Numbered from the stretch's first letter, positions 13,681-27,782 are shown. The stretch is DNA of 64,000 nucleotides from Octopus sinensis (GCF_006345805.1 NC_043010.1:58466001-58530000); one strand, 5' to 3'. The notes: generated by a model from the sequence alone, not told the origin. Numbers and translations are program-made.

Positions 13681-14550
13681 CTGTGTTAGCCTACATTGAC
13701 CTCTGTCACAACTAGATATCTTTTCTTGCAGGGCACATGTTGTGTTTCAAACTGCGGGTAGAAATCTTCCTTACATTCCACAAATGGCATGTTTCTATTA
13801 TTCATCTCAGAAGAGTACCTCACTGGGGTACCAGGAATACTGCTGCTCTGACACGGTAAAGGTTGATCAATTCTGTTACATATAGCTGACCTATTAACAC
13901 CTTTCCTAGTGCTCTTGGCAGAGCGAGACTGACCACTGCTACATTTCACAATACACAGTGTGATCGACACTACAATCACCACAGCTACTATTACAGCTGC
14001 TACTACAAGGATAATCAATAATGGTACGTCCAGTGTTCTGTTCTTCTCTAAGTGGACAGTCGGCATCGGTGCTGATGTCTTGTTAGTGACCCTTAATGAC
14101 AAAGACACAGTAGTTGTGGCTGACAACACTGGGCTACCAGAATCCTTGACCACAGTGGAAAAAAGAAATCTCCTTTAAATGCACAGACAGGGGAGAGGAA
14201 GGTTGTCCCAAAACCTCCTCTGATCAGCACACAGCTTCCAAGTTTTAGTGACATATTTATTTAAAGCATTAATGTTGTTTTTAAGAGATGGAAGTGAGGC
14301 ACAAAAGCATGAGGTGGGGAGGTGGGGCTGAGTTCATAATACTGTTTCATTGAGCAAGGAAGGGTGTGATGTGTCTGTCCATGTTGATGGTGAAATTGGT
14401 GAGATGTACCATGATTTGAACCCTGGAACTCAACATTATTGCTTAGTGAGAAGTCAGCTGCAATGTTCCCTAAATAAAGGTGTAGGAAACACATTTGAGA
14501 ATATAAGATTTGTAGAGTTGGGTCAGATGGGTTCAGCTGTGAGGTCATCT
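13681..14550 (-). pseudogene. Pcdh: Pcdh unit C second exon: 5' UTR-like segment joined directly to EC6 end, TM and cytoplasmic tail (ectodomain deleted)
   Basis: Strong acceptor tttctttttttccAG (14551-14552) and donor CAG|GTATGC (13680). 13751-14154 is near-identical to the 3' end of the unit A/B exons (VVKDSGSP...LLIILVVAAVIV...EDFYPQ). In-frame TAA at 14175-14177 just upstream of the junction. Confidence 0.8.
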
Positions 14551-16229
14551 CTGGAAAAAAAGAAACATAGATTAGATTGATAATGTGTGTGTGTGTGGAT
14601 GCTTTAAATTCTTATCATACCCCCTCTCCCCCCATAATAACTGTTACACTTTGAATCTATAATTTCCTTGTTTCAAATCTCCCATGGGACAGAAATGAAA
14701 TTTCTCACTTAAGCATCGCTTGAGCTAGAAATAAGTTTGAATCAGCTGTAACTGTTCAGAATGTCCACAAGAAACATTTTGGAAAGACTGCAGATATCAA
14801 CAAGCATTGCAAAACCAAAAATTAGTAGTAGAAACATATTGCCAGAGTTGAAGAAAATCTGTGCAGCAAGTGAATTGTAAGAAAGGAATTTAGGTTAACG
14901 TGTTTCTCTTTCAACACCTGAATAAGAGGCACTAAATGTAATCAAGAAGCTGTATTAGGGACAGAAAATAAGGAACCATCACTGAAGTACCTTAATGAAA
15001 TATACACATCATTATCACAATCATCATCATTTAGCATCCATTTTCCATGCTGGCATGGGTTAGAAGGTTTGACTGGAACTGGTAAGTTGGAGAGCTGTAC
15101 CAAGTTGCAGTCTGATTTGGTTTGGTTTATACAGCTTTATGCCCTTCCTAACGCCAACCGTTCTTCACCGGCACGAGTGCCTTTTATACATCACCAGCAC
15201 TGGTCATGACTACAATTACACTAGGCTTGACGAGTCTTCTCAAGCACAGCAAATCCTCAAAGACCTTTGTCACTTGTCATCACCTCCATGAGACCCAAAA
15301 CCTGACCGTCATGATTCACCACATCATGCCAAACCAATAGTGAAGCCACAAGTAATCAGAAGAGGTTCTGCTGGTCTAGAAACTGCCAAACCCTTAAATC
15401 TGAATGGTAGATGGCACCAACAATGGAAACACATTGAGTATTTCCTCTTCTAAATATGATTATCTTGTTGCACATAGGAAGTTAGGCTCAAGGTGTATAA
15501 CAGAACCTATAATATTCTACAACATGTTGCAGATGGAACGTACTAGCCACAAGTATATGAAAACATGTTTTGGAATATACGAGTTAGATGAAATAATGCT
15601 TTCTAATTTTTGAGAGAAAGCCAGCAGTTTTGAGAGGGGAAGGAAGTCAATTACGTCAGCCTGACCCCAGTATGCAGTGGGTACTTATTGTATCAACCTT
15701 GAAAAAATGAAGACAAAGTCTCCTTTGGCAACATTTGTATTCAGAACATAAATAGCCAGAAGAATCGCTGCTAAGTATTTGGTCTGGTATGGTAATAATT
15801 CTACTATAATACTGAGACAGGTAATAGGAATCAGTTTGTACAGGTAAATATGATGAACTCAGTTTCAATTTATAGGGTGACACCAATGGGCTACACTTCA
15901 GAAATATCTAACTGCTAGTTATAACTTTAAACACAAGACACACACTCACACACATACATGATATCACACAAAAAGCCCCCATGCTGGCAACACATAAAAA
16001 GCACCCAGTCCACTCTCGGAGTGGTTGGCGTTAGGAGAGGCATCCAGCTGTAGAAACCATGCCAAAGCGGATGACTGAAGCCTGGTGCAGCTTAACAGCT
16101 CCTGTAAAACCATCTGAGCCATGCCAGCATAGAAAACAGGCATTAAATGATGATGATGCTATTTACATATGTGTATAGATAGCAAACTCGATCTCCCTAT
16201 ACTTAAAATTTATCTCAGTTTCCATTGGT

Positions 16230-16960
16230 GAAGATTAATAATATTGTTGAAGTTGTGTATGAAGAAGAGAAGCAACTCCCAATGTTTGCCTTCAAGGGTA
16301 ATTACTCTGCAATGAGGAAACCGTTTTAGAAGTAATTTCTTTGAGTTGTAACATTAGGACATCTGAACATTTTAGAAGAGTTCTGAAAGGAACTTCTGTC
16401 AGTAGCAATAATGGGACAATTCATCTGATTTCTAGTTAAGAGACATTGCACGTGGATTCAAAATGTGGAATTCTTCAATTAGGCAAAATCTGGCTTAGTT
16501 TCATCAAAGGAAGACATGTTATTCCCTCGTCCCTAACTTTTTTAATGAATTGTAACAGAAGAGTGGAATTTTCCCCATTCTTTAGCCTGAATCGTTGAAG
16601 ATATTGAAGAAAGTAGCCCTTGAAAGTGCTATCTGTTAAGCCCTTATAATTCTTCTTAAAACTATCCTCAGTTTTGGTCACTTGAAATAAGACTTAGAGA
16701 AGCAAGGATTTTAGCTGTTGCAAGCTGGATGATGGTGACTGTCGAGGATCTGGATGGTTATTGCAGTCTTTGATTTAGGAAGCTATGTTGTCTGGACAGG
16801 AATGACTAAGTTTAATATTAGGTGAGTTGAACAGCTTATGGTCTATGTGGTGTGTAGTTTGAAAGTAATGTTAAAGAATTCTTGCCTATATTTGTAATGG
16901 TCTCTACATTATGATTCATGAAAACCAGGTTAATTTATCATTAGTTCCACCCTGTTGTGT
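16230..16960 (-). mobile_element. Degraded Penelope-like element (linker plus GIY-YIG region)
   Basis: Broken frames give TNIGKNSL.LL, HKLFNSPNIKLSHSCPDNIAS, YKGLTDSTFK and SSKMFRC, which resemble the PLE linker/GIY-YIG segment also seen at 39941-40555. Confidence 0.55.
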
Positions 16961-17529
16961 GCTGGGTGGATCTTGGCTATATAAAATAATTTTTTGTTGA
17001 AGCCACTCCCAGCTTGCACATCATGTTATATATATGTGACGTGTGTATATATATATATACATGTATATATATCACTAGTTTAATAAGTGCCAATGCATGA
17101 AACTTTTAGACCTTGAGTTATTCTGTTGCTTCTGATAATATTAATAAAAAAGATACATACATCGTTGCTATTATGCAAAAGTCCAAAACGTTGCTTTTAC
17201 AGAAAATGAAAAAATAGCTTCACCATTCCATTTCTCTTTACATTAGCAACAGTTTCAGCTTAACAATAATAATACTTTGTTGAGTGCATAAAATCGTAGC
17301 TCCATGCATGTATGATATTTTCAGTAAGAAATATTTTTGCAAAACTGTCGAATGTGGGATTTACTACACTTTCGAAGAGCGCTAAACCATTCTACTACAC
17401 TCTGACAGTTTTCATCTGAAGAAGCTGGAGATACGATAGTTTGAGCAAAAGAACCGGCTATTGCAAGCATTTGGTCAAATTGGGAAATACGACAGTTTAA
17501 CATAATAGCAATGATAGATAGAAACATAA

Positions 17530-17627
<98 letters not shown>

Positions 17628-17747
17628 TGATGGATAGATAGAGACAGTATATGTCAGAGAGAGAGAGAGGGGGAAAGAGAGAGAGAAGGTAAGAGAAGAA
17701 CTGATTTGTTACATTAAAGATAAATTATATCAATAAACCTGACCTAC

Positions 17748-17855
17748 CTCCATTCTATCATCCATGATAATCAAGTAGCAACATGTGGCAGTAGAGATGT
17801 GGACCAGAGGCTGTAACTGTTGTTGTTGTTGTTGTTATTGATCCTGCTGCAGTCA
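17748..17855 (-). promoter_or_regulatory. Leader (first) exon end of Pcdh unit C: ATG GAT GAT AGA ATG GAG | GTAGGT, with upstream CTGCTGCAGTCA motif
   Basis: ATG at 17765, donor GT at 17747-17746, motif at 17844-17855; same layout as 36214 and 60795. TSS not determinable. Confidence 0.65.
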
Positions 17856-18419
17856 ACCTTTTGGGTTTGTTTCTGGTGTTGTTGGTGTTGTTGTTGTTGT
17901 TGTTGTTGCTTAGCAACAGGTCAGCCCTGAACAAGCAGACGTCAGACCAAAAGGCGTTCTTGCAATGAGCATCTGTCTTTTGTTTTTAAATCCACTCTTT
18001 CATTGTGCAATGTGGTTGTTTTGTCTGAGATGATGGGATGTGTCTGAGGGAGATTTAGCTGCTATTTCTAGCAATTTGAATGTAGAGGCTCCCTTCTTGG
18101 TTTATGTCTGATTCTGTAGAAGAGAGGGCAGGAATACATTGCCCGCCTTTTTTTTTTTCTCTGTGTTTGTACAATATATATATATATATAACAGGGAGCT
18201 GGGTATAAAATGTATATATACATTATGACAATGATTATAAGCAATGTATGTGGACGTGTAGAAAGTTAACAATGTCATAGAAATAGCTTGAAACAGTGAT
18301 GTATACATACATGCCCATACTAATATATATATACAAATATATATGTATATATATGTGTATGCATGTGTGTGAACATATATATATATATATATATATATGT
18401 ATACACACATATATTTGTG

Positions 18420-18475
<56 letters not shown>

Positions 18476-19135
18476 TATACGTGTGTATGTATATATATAT
18501 ATATACACACATGTACATCTTGAGAGAGTTTTTACTTACCATAATAATATTGCGCATAGATATTTTTTTTTAACATCCAGTATGTATAATTTTAAATTTT
18601 TTGTGACAGAGTGTTTATTAAATTTCATTGAATTAATTTTGATTTTTGAAAGTTCAGGAGAAAGTCAATAATTATAAACACACATTCATATAGGAAATAT
18701 ATATACACACATATATATATACATACATAAACATACATGCATACATCCATTCACATATACATATACATACATATATATGCAAATGCATATATGCGTGTAT
18801 GTATGTATATATTTTATATTATTTGATATGAAAGGCAACCTTTTTAATAATTATCAATTATTTTTCTGTATTAAGACCAATTTTAATATTTTTTTTTCCC
18901 ATTTTCTTTTTAAAATCCATATACACGGAAATTTTACAAAATATCCGAAGGAAAGGTAAGTATGTCTCTAGCTTGTAGAGATAGTTGATAAAATAGTTTC
19001 CAGTGTGTGGGGAAGGGTATTGAAAGCAGACAACACGCAAACATTTATTACGCCAGATATAAAGATCAATTTCGGCAGATATTTCATAATTTTGTTATTA
19101 ATATATATATATGTACATAGATATACATAAATTCA

Positions 19136-19191
<56 letters not shown>

Positions 19192-21846
19192 ATACAATTC
19201 TTGTCGATGTAAGCATTTAATTTTGTTGTTGATATTATTGTTGTTGTTGGTGGTGTTTTTTCCTAATTGTTTTTTTTATGTAAGTATTTGTTTCTTTATT
19301 CATTATAGATATTTTCTTTTTTAAAAGGAAAAAAGACAAATCGTAAACGTAACCAATTATTTTGATCGATTAATGAAGCAACGTGGGCAATAAAATTTGA
19401 ACAGATCAATCCGATTGTTATCACTGATCTGTACAAAAAAATCTTAGATATTGGAATCAATCAATCAATAGAAAACAGTTCAATAAAAACAGATAATACA
19501 TTGATCTCTGCACATACAGATATATACATACATGCAAATATATATATATGTGTGTGTGTATATATATACATAAATATATGTAAATAATTATTTACACACA
19601 CACACGCATCCATATGTATTAATTCTTTGATAAACTGTTGCAGCTTATTTGTTGATGATGTTGCACTTGTTTCATCATAGATTTATCACAAACTCTTTCT
19701 CTCTCATCTCCCTCTTGCCCCTCTCTCTCTGTCTCTCTTTCTCTCTCTCTCTCTCTCATTATATCACTATATCTATCCTCCCTATTATTTTGTTTCCCTA
19801 TCAAGTTCATGTACGTATGTATATATATATATATGTGTATATATATGTATATGTGTATATATATGTATATGTGTATATATATATGTGTATATATATATGT
19901 GTGTGTGTGTGTATGTATCACAACACACCTTGTGTATGTGTATTCAATTTTGTTTGTTTTTATATGTATACACACACACACACACATATATATATATGCA
20001 TATATATTTGTGTATATGTATGTACATACATATGTATGTACGTATGCACATACATACATAGCTAGATAATGAACTGGGTGTATAGGTGTGTGTGTGCGTG
20101 CAATGATGTGGCAAGCAGTCGTTAAAATGATGAACTGGAGTGGAATAAGATTTATTCAAAGACGAGTGTGAGTGATGAAGCAGAAGAAAAATGGAGTCTG
20201 TGGGGGAACTCACAGACACACTCAGCTTTGAAGGAATCTTATACACACACACACACGTATGTGTATGTGTGAATGTATACATGCATATGTCTACATATGT
20301 ACCTGTGGATGTATACATGTATGGATGTATGTGTATGTATGCATGGTGATATTTGAATGCATGTAAGTAGGTATGTATGTTTGTATGCATGTATGTGTGT
20401 GTGTGTACGCATGTATGTATGCATGTCTATATAAATAGGTGCGTATGTGTGTAGAAAGGATTTTTCTGGCTTCCTAAGCACATTAACTTTTACACATTCA
20501 GTCAGTCATTTGTTTATGCATAAACACATACATACATACATGCATGCATACTTAAACACACATACATGCTTACATAGACACACATACATATATACACATG
20601 TATAGACATAAGCTCATATACATTCATACATACATACCTACTGCATTCAAACATAACCATGCATACACATACATATATACTAAAGGACATACATACACAT
20701 ACAAATACATATACACACACACATACATGTGCATATACATCCATAAAACATACCTTGAGACACACACACCAACCTATACATTCACCCATGCATGCATATA
20801 CACACATATATACATTCATATATCCTCCACCCATCGATCCATCTGTGCATGCACACATGCATACATATACTCATCTCCACATCCATATATCGTGCATTAC
20901 AGATACTCCTGTCAATACATTAGAGCAGAGAGAATCGGACACACAACTCCAGACACAAACTGCAGCCTACTCCCTGTTCTCTATTACTCCCTCTATTCTA
21001 TTGGTCCCCATACTCTGAGATGGACTGAAGAGAATATGTAAAGCATTGACAATTCTGGCTAGAATCCATGTTATCCTTACTGATCAACTAACAGAAGTAT
21101 GAAGGCCTTCTCATCCTCCTATGCAATAACCATGTGAAGGGTATAAAATAGAAGGCTGTATATAATATGATCTGTTGTGTAATCTATAACACTTCAGTGT
21201 GTTTATATTTAACTATGTAGGTCTGTGTGTGTGGTATACTATTTTGCAGTGTATATATGCCTGTTATATATGTTTAATGGGTATCCATATACACACATGT
21301 TCATACATGTGTGTATAAATGATCAGTTAATGCCTGCTTTATAATTTTATATATGAGTTTATGAACATATATATTTATCTGCATTTATACAAATATATGA
21401 TATATATTATACATATATATTCATATACATTAACACACACATGCATGCACAAATACACACACACAAACACACACACTCACACACACACCAATACAGGAAG
21501 CAATCTCTCTTTATCCCATTTATGCAAATTTTTCAATTTCTGTGGAGATTCTGGAATGGTTTTTCTAAGCCAAATAACCTGAGAGCATCCAAGGAAATTC
21601 CTCTTGTATAATTTTTTGTGTAAAAAATATTTAAAAAATAAACAGAAAAAATAATTGGAAGAAAAATGAATCATTAAGGTAAAAAATTGAAAAAAAAAAG
21701 AATATAAATAAAAAATAAATGATTAAAACAAGTTAATTAGGCAATTTGGTGAAAAGTGTTGCAGGAATGATGGAAGAAGTGTTGACAAAATAAGAGAATT
21801 AAGTAATGGAGAATGAATTTGGTCATTTGGTGCTGTGGTTTACCTA

Positions 21847-21870
21847 TTATCTTTTGATTCGAGTTGGTAA
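21847..21870 (-). CDS. Pcdh: Terminal coding micro-exon of Pcdh unit B (LPTRIKR*)
   Basis: Acceptor ccatttttctctttctctttcAG (21871-21872); TTA CCA ACT CGA ATC AAA AGA TAA TAG; phase 0 matches the unit B donor; paralogous copies at 37493 and 62620. Confidence 0.8.
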   Translation of the reverse strand, partial: LPTRIKR

Positions 21871-23879
21871 CTGAAAGAGAAAGAGAAAAATGGAATTGTT
21901 TTCAAACTGAAAGACGAAATGGTTAAATGCAAAAAGATTGAGTTTTATATAGAAAGATAGAATGGCTTCATACACATGGATAAAATGGTTTTAAAAACAA
22001 AAGAAAGAATGGTTTAACATTTTTTTAAATGCAATGATACCAAAATATGTGGACCTTTCCCTCACAGCTCCTTCAGTTCCATGTGGTTGAGTATTCTTCC
22101 CCGACCCCATCTTGAGGATAAGAAGCATCAATAGTTCCTATTAAAATGTTTCAGAAACTATTTTAAAAGTCCTTCTACTATGAATTCTTGGATTATTTTA
22201 GCCTTTTACTTGTTTCAGTCATTAGATTCTGGCCATACTGGAGCATGTTGTAAAAAAAACACATTGCCACTCTGTGGGATTGAACTTAGAACCACATGAT
22301 TGCAGAGCAAACCTCTTAAACACACAGCCATCACTTCATCTCTATAAGTATGATTCAAAATCGAATTCGTTACATCTAAAATAATTCTGTCAAATTTTAC
22401 TTTAAGGCTATGGGTGGGGTGGGGTGGGGGTTAGTCCATTACACCCACCCCAGCACCTGACTGGTACTTCTTTTATCAACCCTAAAAGGATGATAGGTGA
22501 AGCATAAAATAATAAAATGGTTTCCAACTGAATGACGGAATATAATTAAAAACCAATCATTGCTTGTTAATTGTTGCTTTATTTGTTGTTTTGTCAAATG
22601 ATTTGATCTCAGGCAAGGTTCTGTTTTACACTCATTTTAGTATGAAATAGTTTATTGACTTGGATGACTGACTCTCTAACTAGAAAACTAACTACAACTG
22701 ACCACCACTGACCTCTCAGTTATTGGATATGAACCTGTTCCTTTGTCCTCTGCTTGGCAGAGAGTATCAAGCAGGGTTATGTGCCTTGTTCAGAGACAAA
22801 AACGCAACACTATGAGAAGAGTAAGATTTGAACTTATGACGTTGTGTGTGTGTAAGTCTCACTTCTAAAACTTGAGAAAAGTCTTACATATTTTTACTGT
22901 ATTTGTAGCCTGCAAATCAGTTGGTTGATTGGTTTTTCTGAAAACCTTAGCTTATCCAAATCGTCACTTAGGCAGTTACCCACAAAACCAAGTGCACCAA
23001 TTCTTATTGGTCTGAATGTGAATTTATAACCTGGATGAAGAAGCTGGAGGTTTCAAAGCAGTTGTCCTTAATTATCCTCTTTCTCTTTGATTTTTAATGA
23101 GATATTCACATCAGCATACTTCTAGTATATAATAATACTTAATGTATGCGTACCGTTGAAATGCTAGAAGCTGCAGATTTTGTCATGGAAAACTCTCTAT
23201 ATGTATTGTATTGAAAGACACAATACATCTTAGAGCTTGGGAAAAGGAAATTGCTCCAGAGGCAAATGAAAGAGCGACAGGTTCGTGCTTCACCACTTCT
23301 GGCTTGTCAGTCTTATGTACTCGTGTCACTTTCAAAACAAGATCAAATCAATTAGTCTGAAGTATAGAGGGACAGTGTAAAAACTATACATTGCTTTGCC
23401 ATGGCACTGCATGAGCAGAATAACGAATATACGAACAAAATATAGTTTTATATAACAAACACAGGACAAGACAGATTACAAAGCTAACAGTTTCTCATAA
23501 ATCTCCATCATAACCTGTGCCACATCTGAAAGGGCCTCTGCAAAGTAATTGCTGAAGAAACTAGCTGTGACTGTGGTGACTAAGCACTTATTTCTTTTTT
23601 ATGACAACCTTAGAAATGCCATTGTTTCAACACTGAATCAACATAACTGGTGATTTTAAATATAAAATATGACTGTATTTTGTGGTTCAGCTTTGGACTC
23701 TTTGGTGTAGGCAAACTCAATAGCAGTGATCTTCACCAACAGCAACAGTTATGTTCCAGACAGGCCCTCATCATCATCATCATCATCCTCATCACCAACA
23801 TCATTTAATGTCTGGTTTCCGTGCTAGCATGGGTTGAATGGTTTGACATGGAGCTAGCTGGACTATGCATCCACAAGAA

Positions 23880-24480
23880 TCTCCAGCATAAAATTATTTG
23901 GACACATTTTCAGTCTGAACGAGTCATCTCATTGATTTAGTCACAACATGTAAACATGGCATTGGTGATCTCTATAGAATGTTAAATTAATGTGTAGGGC
24001 TGCATGTCAAATGAATCCCTATCAAATAGGAACAAAACTGAAGTTGTTAGGAAAGTGTTTAGAAATAGTAAGAAGCTTCCAGAATGTTGGCAAACACTGA
24101 AAGCCAGCAATATCTGCATCTTTTCTTAAAGTTCTAAAGCATTCATCACCTAATGAGTGTTCATGGTCATGCTTCATATTAAATATTTATGCCACTGTTG
24201 CCAATTTCTTAGGATTCAGGACACACAAACACAAAGATTGGCTCAACAAAAATAACTCAGAAATATCTGACCTCTGAGATATCAATGATAAATCACACCA
24301 TAGACTGTTCAATCTTAATTCATCTAAAAATGAACATTTGAAGACGGAGAATTTAATAAAATACCAGAAATCTGCTTTGCAGAGAGAAACTGAGGGTAAT
24401 GAAGAATGCATGGTGGTTGAGTATATCTAAGGATATTCAGCTGGTTTTTGACAAAAAAAGACTCCAAAACAATGCCCAGC
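23880..24480 (+). mobile_element. Highly degraded RTE/BovB-like LINE fragment
   Basis: Translates ...WTHFQS..HLIDLV (endonuclease end) and LGFRTHKHKDWLNKNNSEISDL, similar to the RTE LG.xTRKHQDWFDEN motif; many stops. Confidence 0.5.
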
Positions 24481-25361
24481 TTGTTAAAACAGGTGTTTGG
24501 TCTTCATCAAAAACTTAGAATCCTCTCCCTTTTTACTAAAACCTCAGGTTACATCTTGTATAGCCAGATCTACTGGGACCTATTTCCTATCTCACTCACT
24601 AATGCTCCCACAGTACAGTTTCCGGAGGGCCAGGTCTAATGGCCTATCTACTGGAACTTGGTTTCTATGTCCTTCACCAGAGCCTCTACCTTGGTGGAAT
24701 CAATGATTTAACAGTGACTGCTATGGAACTCCCTTATGGGCTCCTGGCAATGATCTCATAGACTAGAAGGGTCCTACCTGATTAGATGATCACAGCTTAT
24801 ACATATTCCTCATCACATAAACATGATACCAGTACAACATATAACTCTGATTTCTTTCCACTGACATCCCATCAACTTTGCTAAACCACAAAACTCAGTT
24901 GTGTTATTCATGCATTTCCTGTTGCACTTGCCACCATCTGCAACAAAGCTTATCCTTTGGCAGGCAATAACACTATCTTAACTTGCTGAAATTGTAACCG
25001 ATGTGCAATCTAGACACATCACCTCAAGCTGAAACAGATTCCAGGAACAGAGACCCTTAAAGCCTTCACAAATAACTACTTAAAAATACAAATAAAGGAA
25101 AACACAGGATACAGTGAAAACCTGTTGACCCAATTCTGGAAATATTAATATTCATAAAATATAATTTAAGGTGCACTATATAAAAATAACTGTAACAATA
25201 ACGATGTCAAGTGGTTAAATATATTCATCTCACATATCTCCTGACTTTTTATCATTTATACACACACACACACGCACATGTACACACTCACATACAGACA
25301 TATACACAGGTTTACATAAATATACATTAAATTATACTATATAATATATAATGCAACTTAC

Positions 25362-27782
25362 CAATATTGTGGTGGGTGGACTCTTCTCCAGGGTACCCAC
25401 GTTCGACCAATCAATCTGAGATTCATACAGCGGGTAGAAATCTTCCTTACATTCCACAAATGGCATGTTTCTATTATTCATCTCAGAAGAGTACCTCACT
25501 GGGGTACCAGGAATACTGCTGCTCTGACACGGTAAAGGTTGATCAATTCTGTTACATATAGCTGACCTATTAACACCTTTCCTAGTGCTCTTGGCAGAGC
25601 GAGACTGACCACTGCTACATTTCATAATACACAATGTGATCGACACTACAATCACCACAGATACTATTACAGCTGCTACTACAAGGATAATCAATAATGG
25701 TACGTCCAGTGTTCTGTTCTTCTCTAAGTGGACAGTCGGCATTGGTGCTGATGTCTTGTTAGTGACCCTTAATGACAAAGACACAGTAGTTGTGGCTGAC
25801 AACACTGGGCTTCCAGAATCCTTGACCACAAGCACCAGTTCGTATGAGCCAGCATCGTTGAGATGAGGTGCACGCGAGAAAGACATTTGACCAGTTAAAG
25901 AGTTGAGTGTAAACAAGCGTTTATTGTTACCGTCAAGTATTCCATATTTGAGGAACGCATTTAAATGACTGTCTCTGTCAGACGCTCTAATCACAGTGAT
26001 GGCATTGGTACTTTGCGGGTGGTAGTGGACATTGATATGGAAAGGGTCAGTTGTAGGGTAGATGAAATACGGATTATTGTCGTTTCTGTCTAAAACCTCA
26101 ACAACAACATTCGCTGTGTTATTCAACGACGGTTTACCATTGTCTTTGACAAAAACCTCAAACTTATACATGTCTTCTTCTTCTCTGTCCAATGGTATGT
26201 TGCTGGTAATAAAACCATAATCACTCACCTGGAACGGTATGTTATTTCTGTCTTTACTCAACAGTGAGAACGTCAGTTGACCAGCACTTGCCAGGTCTGG
26301 GTCAGTGGCATTGATAAAACCTATAGGAAAGTTTGCTTTACCATTCTCATAGGTGAGGAAGTGGAATGTATCTTTGGTAAATTGCGGTTGCACATCGTTC
26401 ACATCCATTACTTGGATTGAGATCTTTCTCTCTGTCTTTAAAGCAGGGCTTCCATTGTCTTCACACACAATTCTCATGTTAAAATGGTCTAATGTTTCTC
26501 TGTCAAGGGATTTCTTCAGAGTAATCTTGTATTCCTTTGATCCTAAATGTGAGAGGACAACTGTATCATGTTCTAATTTACAACTCACTTCTCCATTTGC
26601 TCCAACATCGTTGTCCACCACATTCACATAAGCTAGATAACTGCCCACTTTTGTCCCTTCGTAAATAGCTGCAGTGCCCTTCTTCAATTCGGACACAAAA
26701 TTTATATCAATTTCAGGAGCATGGTTCTTTTCATTGAGAACATTCACCCGTACAATGGCAAAGGAATTTAAGGATGGATTCCCTCCATCTTTGGCCTCGA
26801 CATATAATTCATAAATGCGATCTCTCTCTTTTGAGAAATTTTCTGTGATAAACAATTTGCCAGACTCTCTTTTTAATATATAACATTTTTTAGCTTTGTC
26901 TGGTGTTTCTGAACTGAAATAATAAGACACTTTACCATTATTGCCAGAATCTGGGTCTTTTGCAGACAATGTCAAAATAGGGTTGTTGTTAGGATGTGTA
27001 TTTTTGATGGAAATATTGTAAATATGTTTTGAAAAAACTGGTGAGTTATCATTCACATCATTTATTTTAATATGAACATGTAGAATTCCTTGTTTTGAAG
27101 GTTGCCCTCCATCTTTAGCTATCACTTCTAGATTGTAACTATCTTTGATTTCTCTGTCTAGTTTGTCTCCAAGAACAATTCCTATCTTTGCTCTTCCTGT
27201 GATGGTTTTTCTCACAGACAATATAAATGGGTCGTTAAATTGTTTCTTCAATTTATATGTAATTTCTGAGTTTTCCATTCCAACATCTCTGTCAATGGCA
27301 TCTGGAATTAATCTTTCGGCTCCTTCTCCATCATCTTCATCATACGTAACATTTATTTGTTTCTGAGGAAACTCAGGGCTGTGATCGTTAATGTCTTCTA
27401 TAATTACTTTGACTTTCAGAATCTTCATAAAAGACTTGGCCTTGTTTACAGCTATTTTAATGTATTTGAAACATTGTTTCCTCGGTTTGCACAGAGACTC
27501 GGCATCAATTGTGTGTGCCGTGTACAATTTACCATCTTTAGTGACATTGAACACCTTGGAACTATCTGTTCTTCGGTGCTGTATTTGATTAAATATAATG
27601 GACGTCTGCTCATGTGATTCCATATTCTCCAAGACGAGGGAATCGGCTGCAACATCTCCAATAAATGTTCCTGTAATGTCTTCATCTTTCAAATAATATA
27701 CAATATCTTCACACACAGTGCTTTGCCAGAACAGAGCGAAGATACTCAGAAGAAAGAACAATTGCGTTTCCCTTGTTTCCAT
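25362..27782 (-). CDS. Pcdh: Protocadherin unit B large exon (signal peptide, EC1-EC6, TM, cytoplasmic tail; 807 codons, 814 aa with the terminal exon)
   Basis: Signal peptide METRETQLFFLLSIFALFWQSTVC; cadherin motifs DINDHSP, LDRE, AxDGG, DVNDNSP, DVNDVQP, DRNDNNP; EC1 Cys-X5-Cys (CKPRKQC) typical of Pcdhs; one TM; donor TTG|GTAAGT at 25361; 5' acceptor atatttcAG at 27817-27818. Symbol is family-level only. Confidence 0.97.

Noticed and set aside
14261-14548. 95-aa His-rich ORF at the start of the unit C exon
   Set aside because: No recognisable domain, composition consistent with UTR, and no counterpart in units A or B.
25362-25620. WIRS or delta-Pcdh CM1/CM2 motifs in the cytoplasmic tail
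   Set aside because: No hydrophobic-x-[ST]-F motif or recognisable CM motifs seen in the tail sequence.
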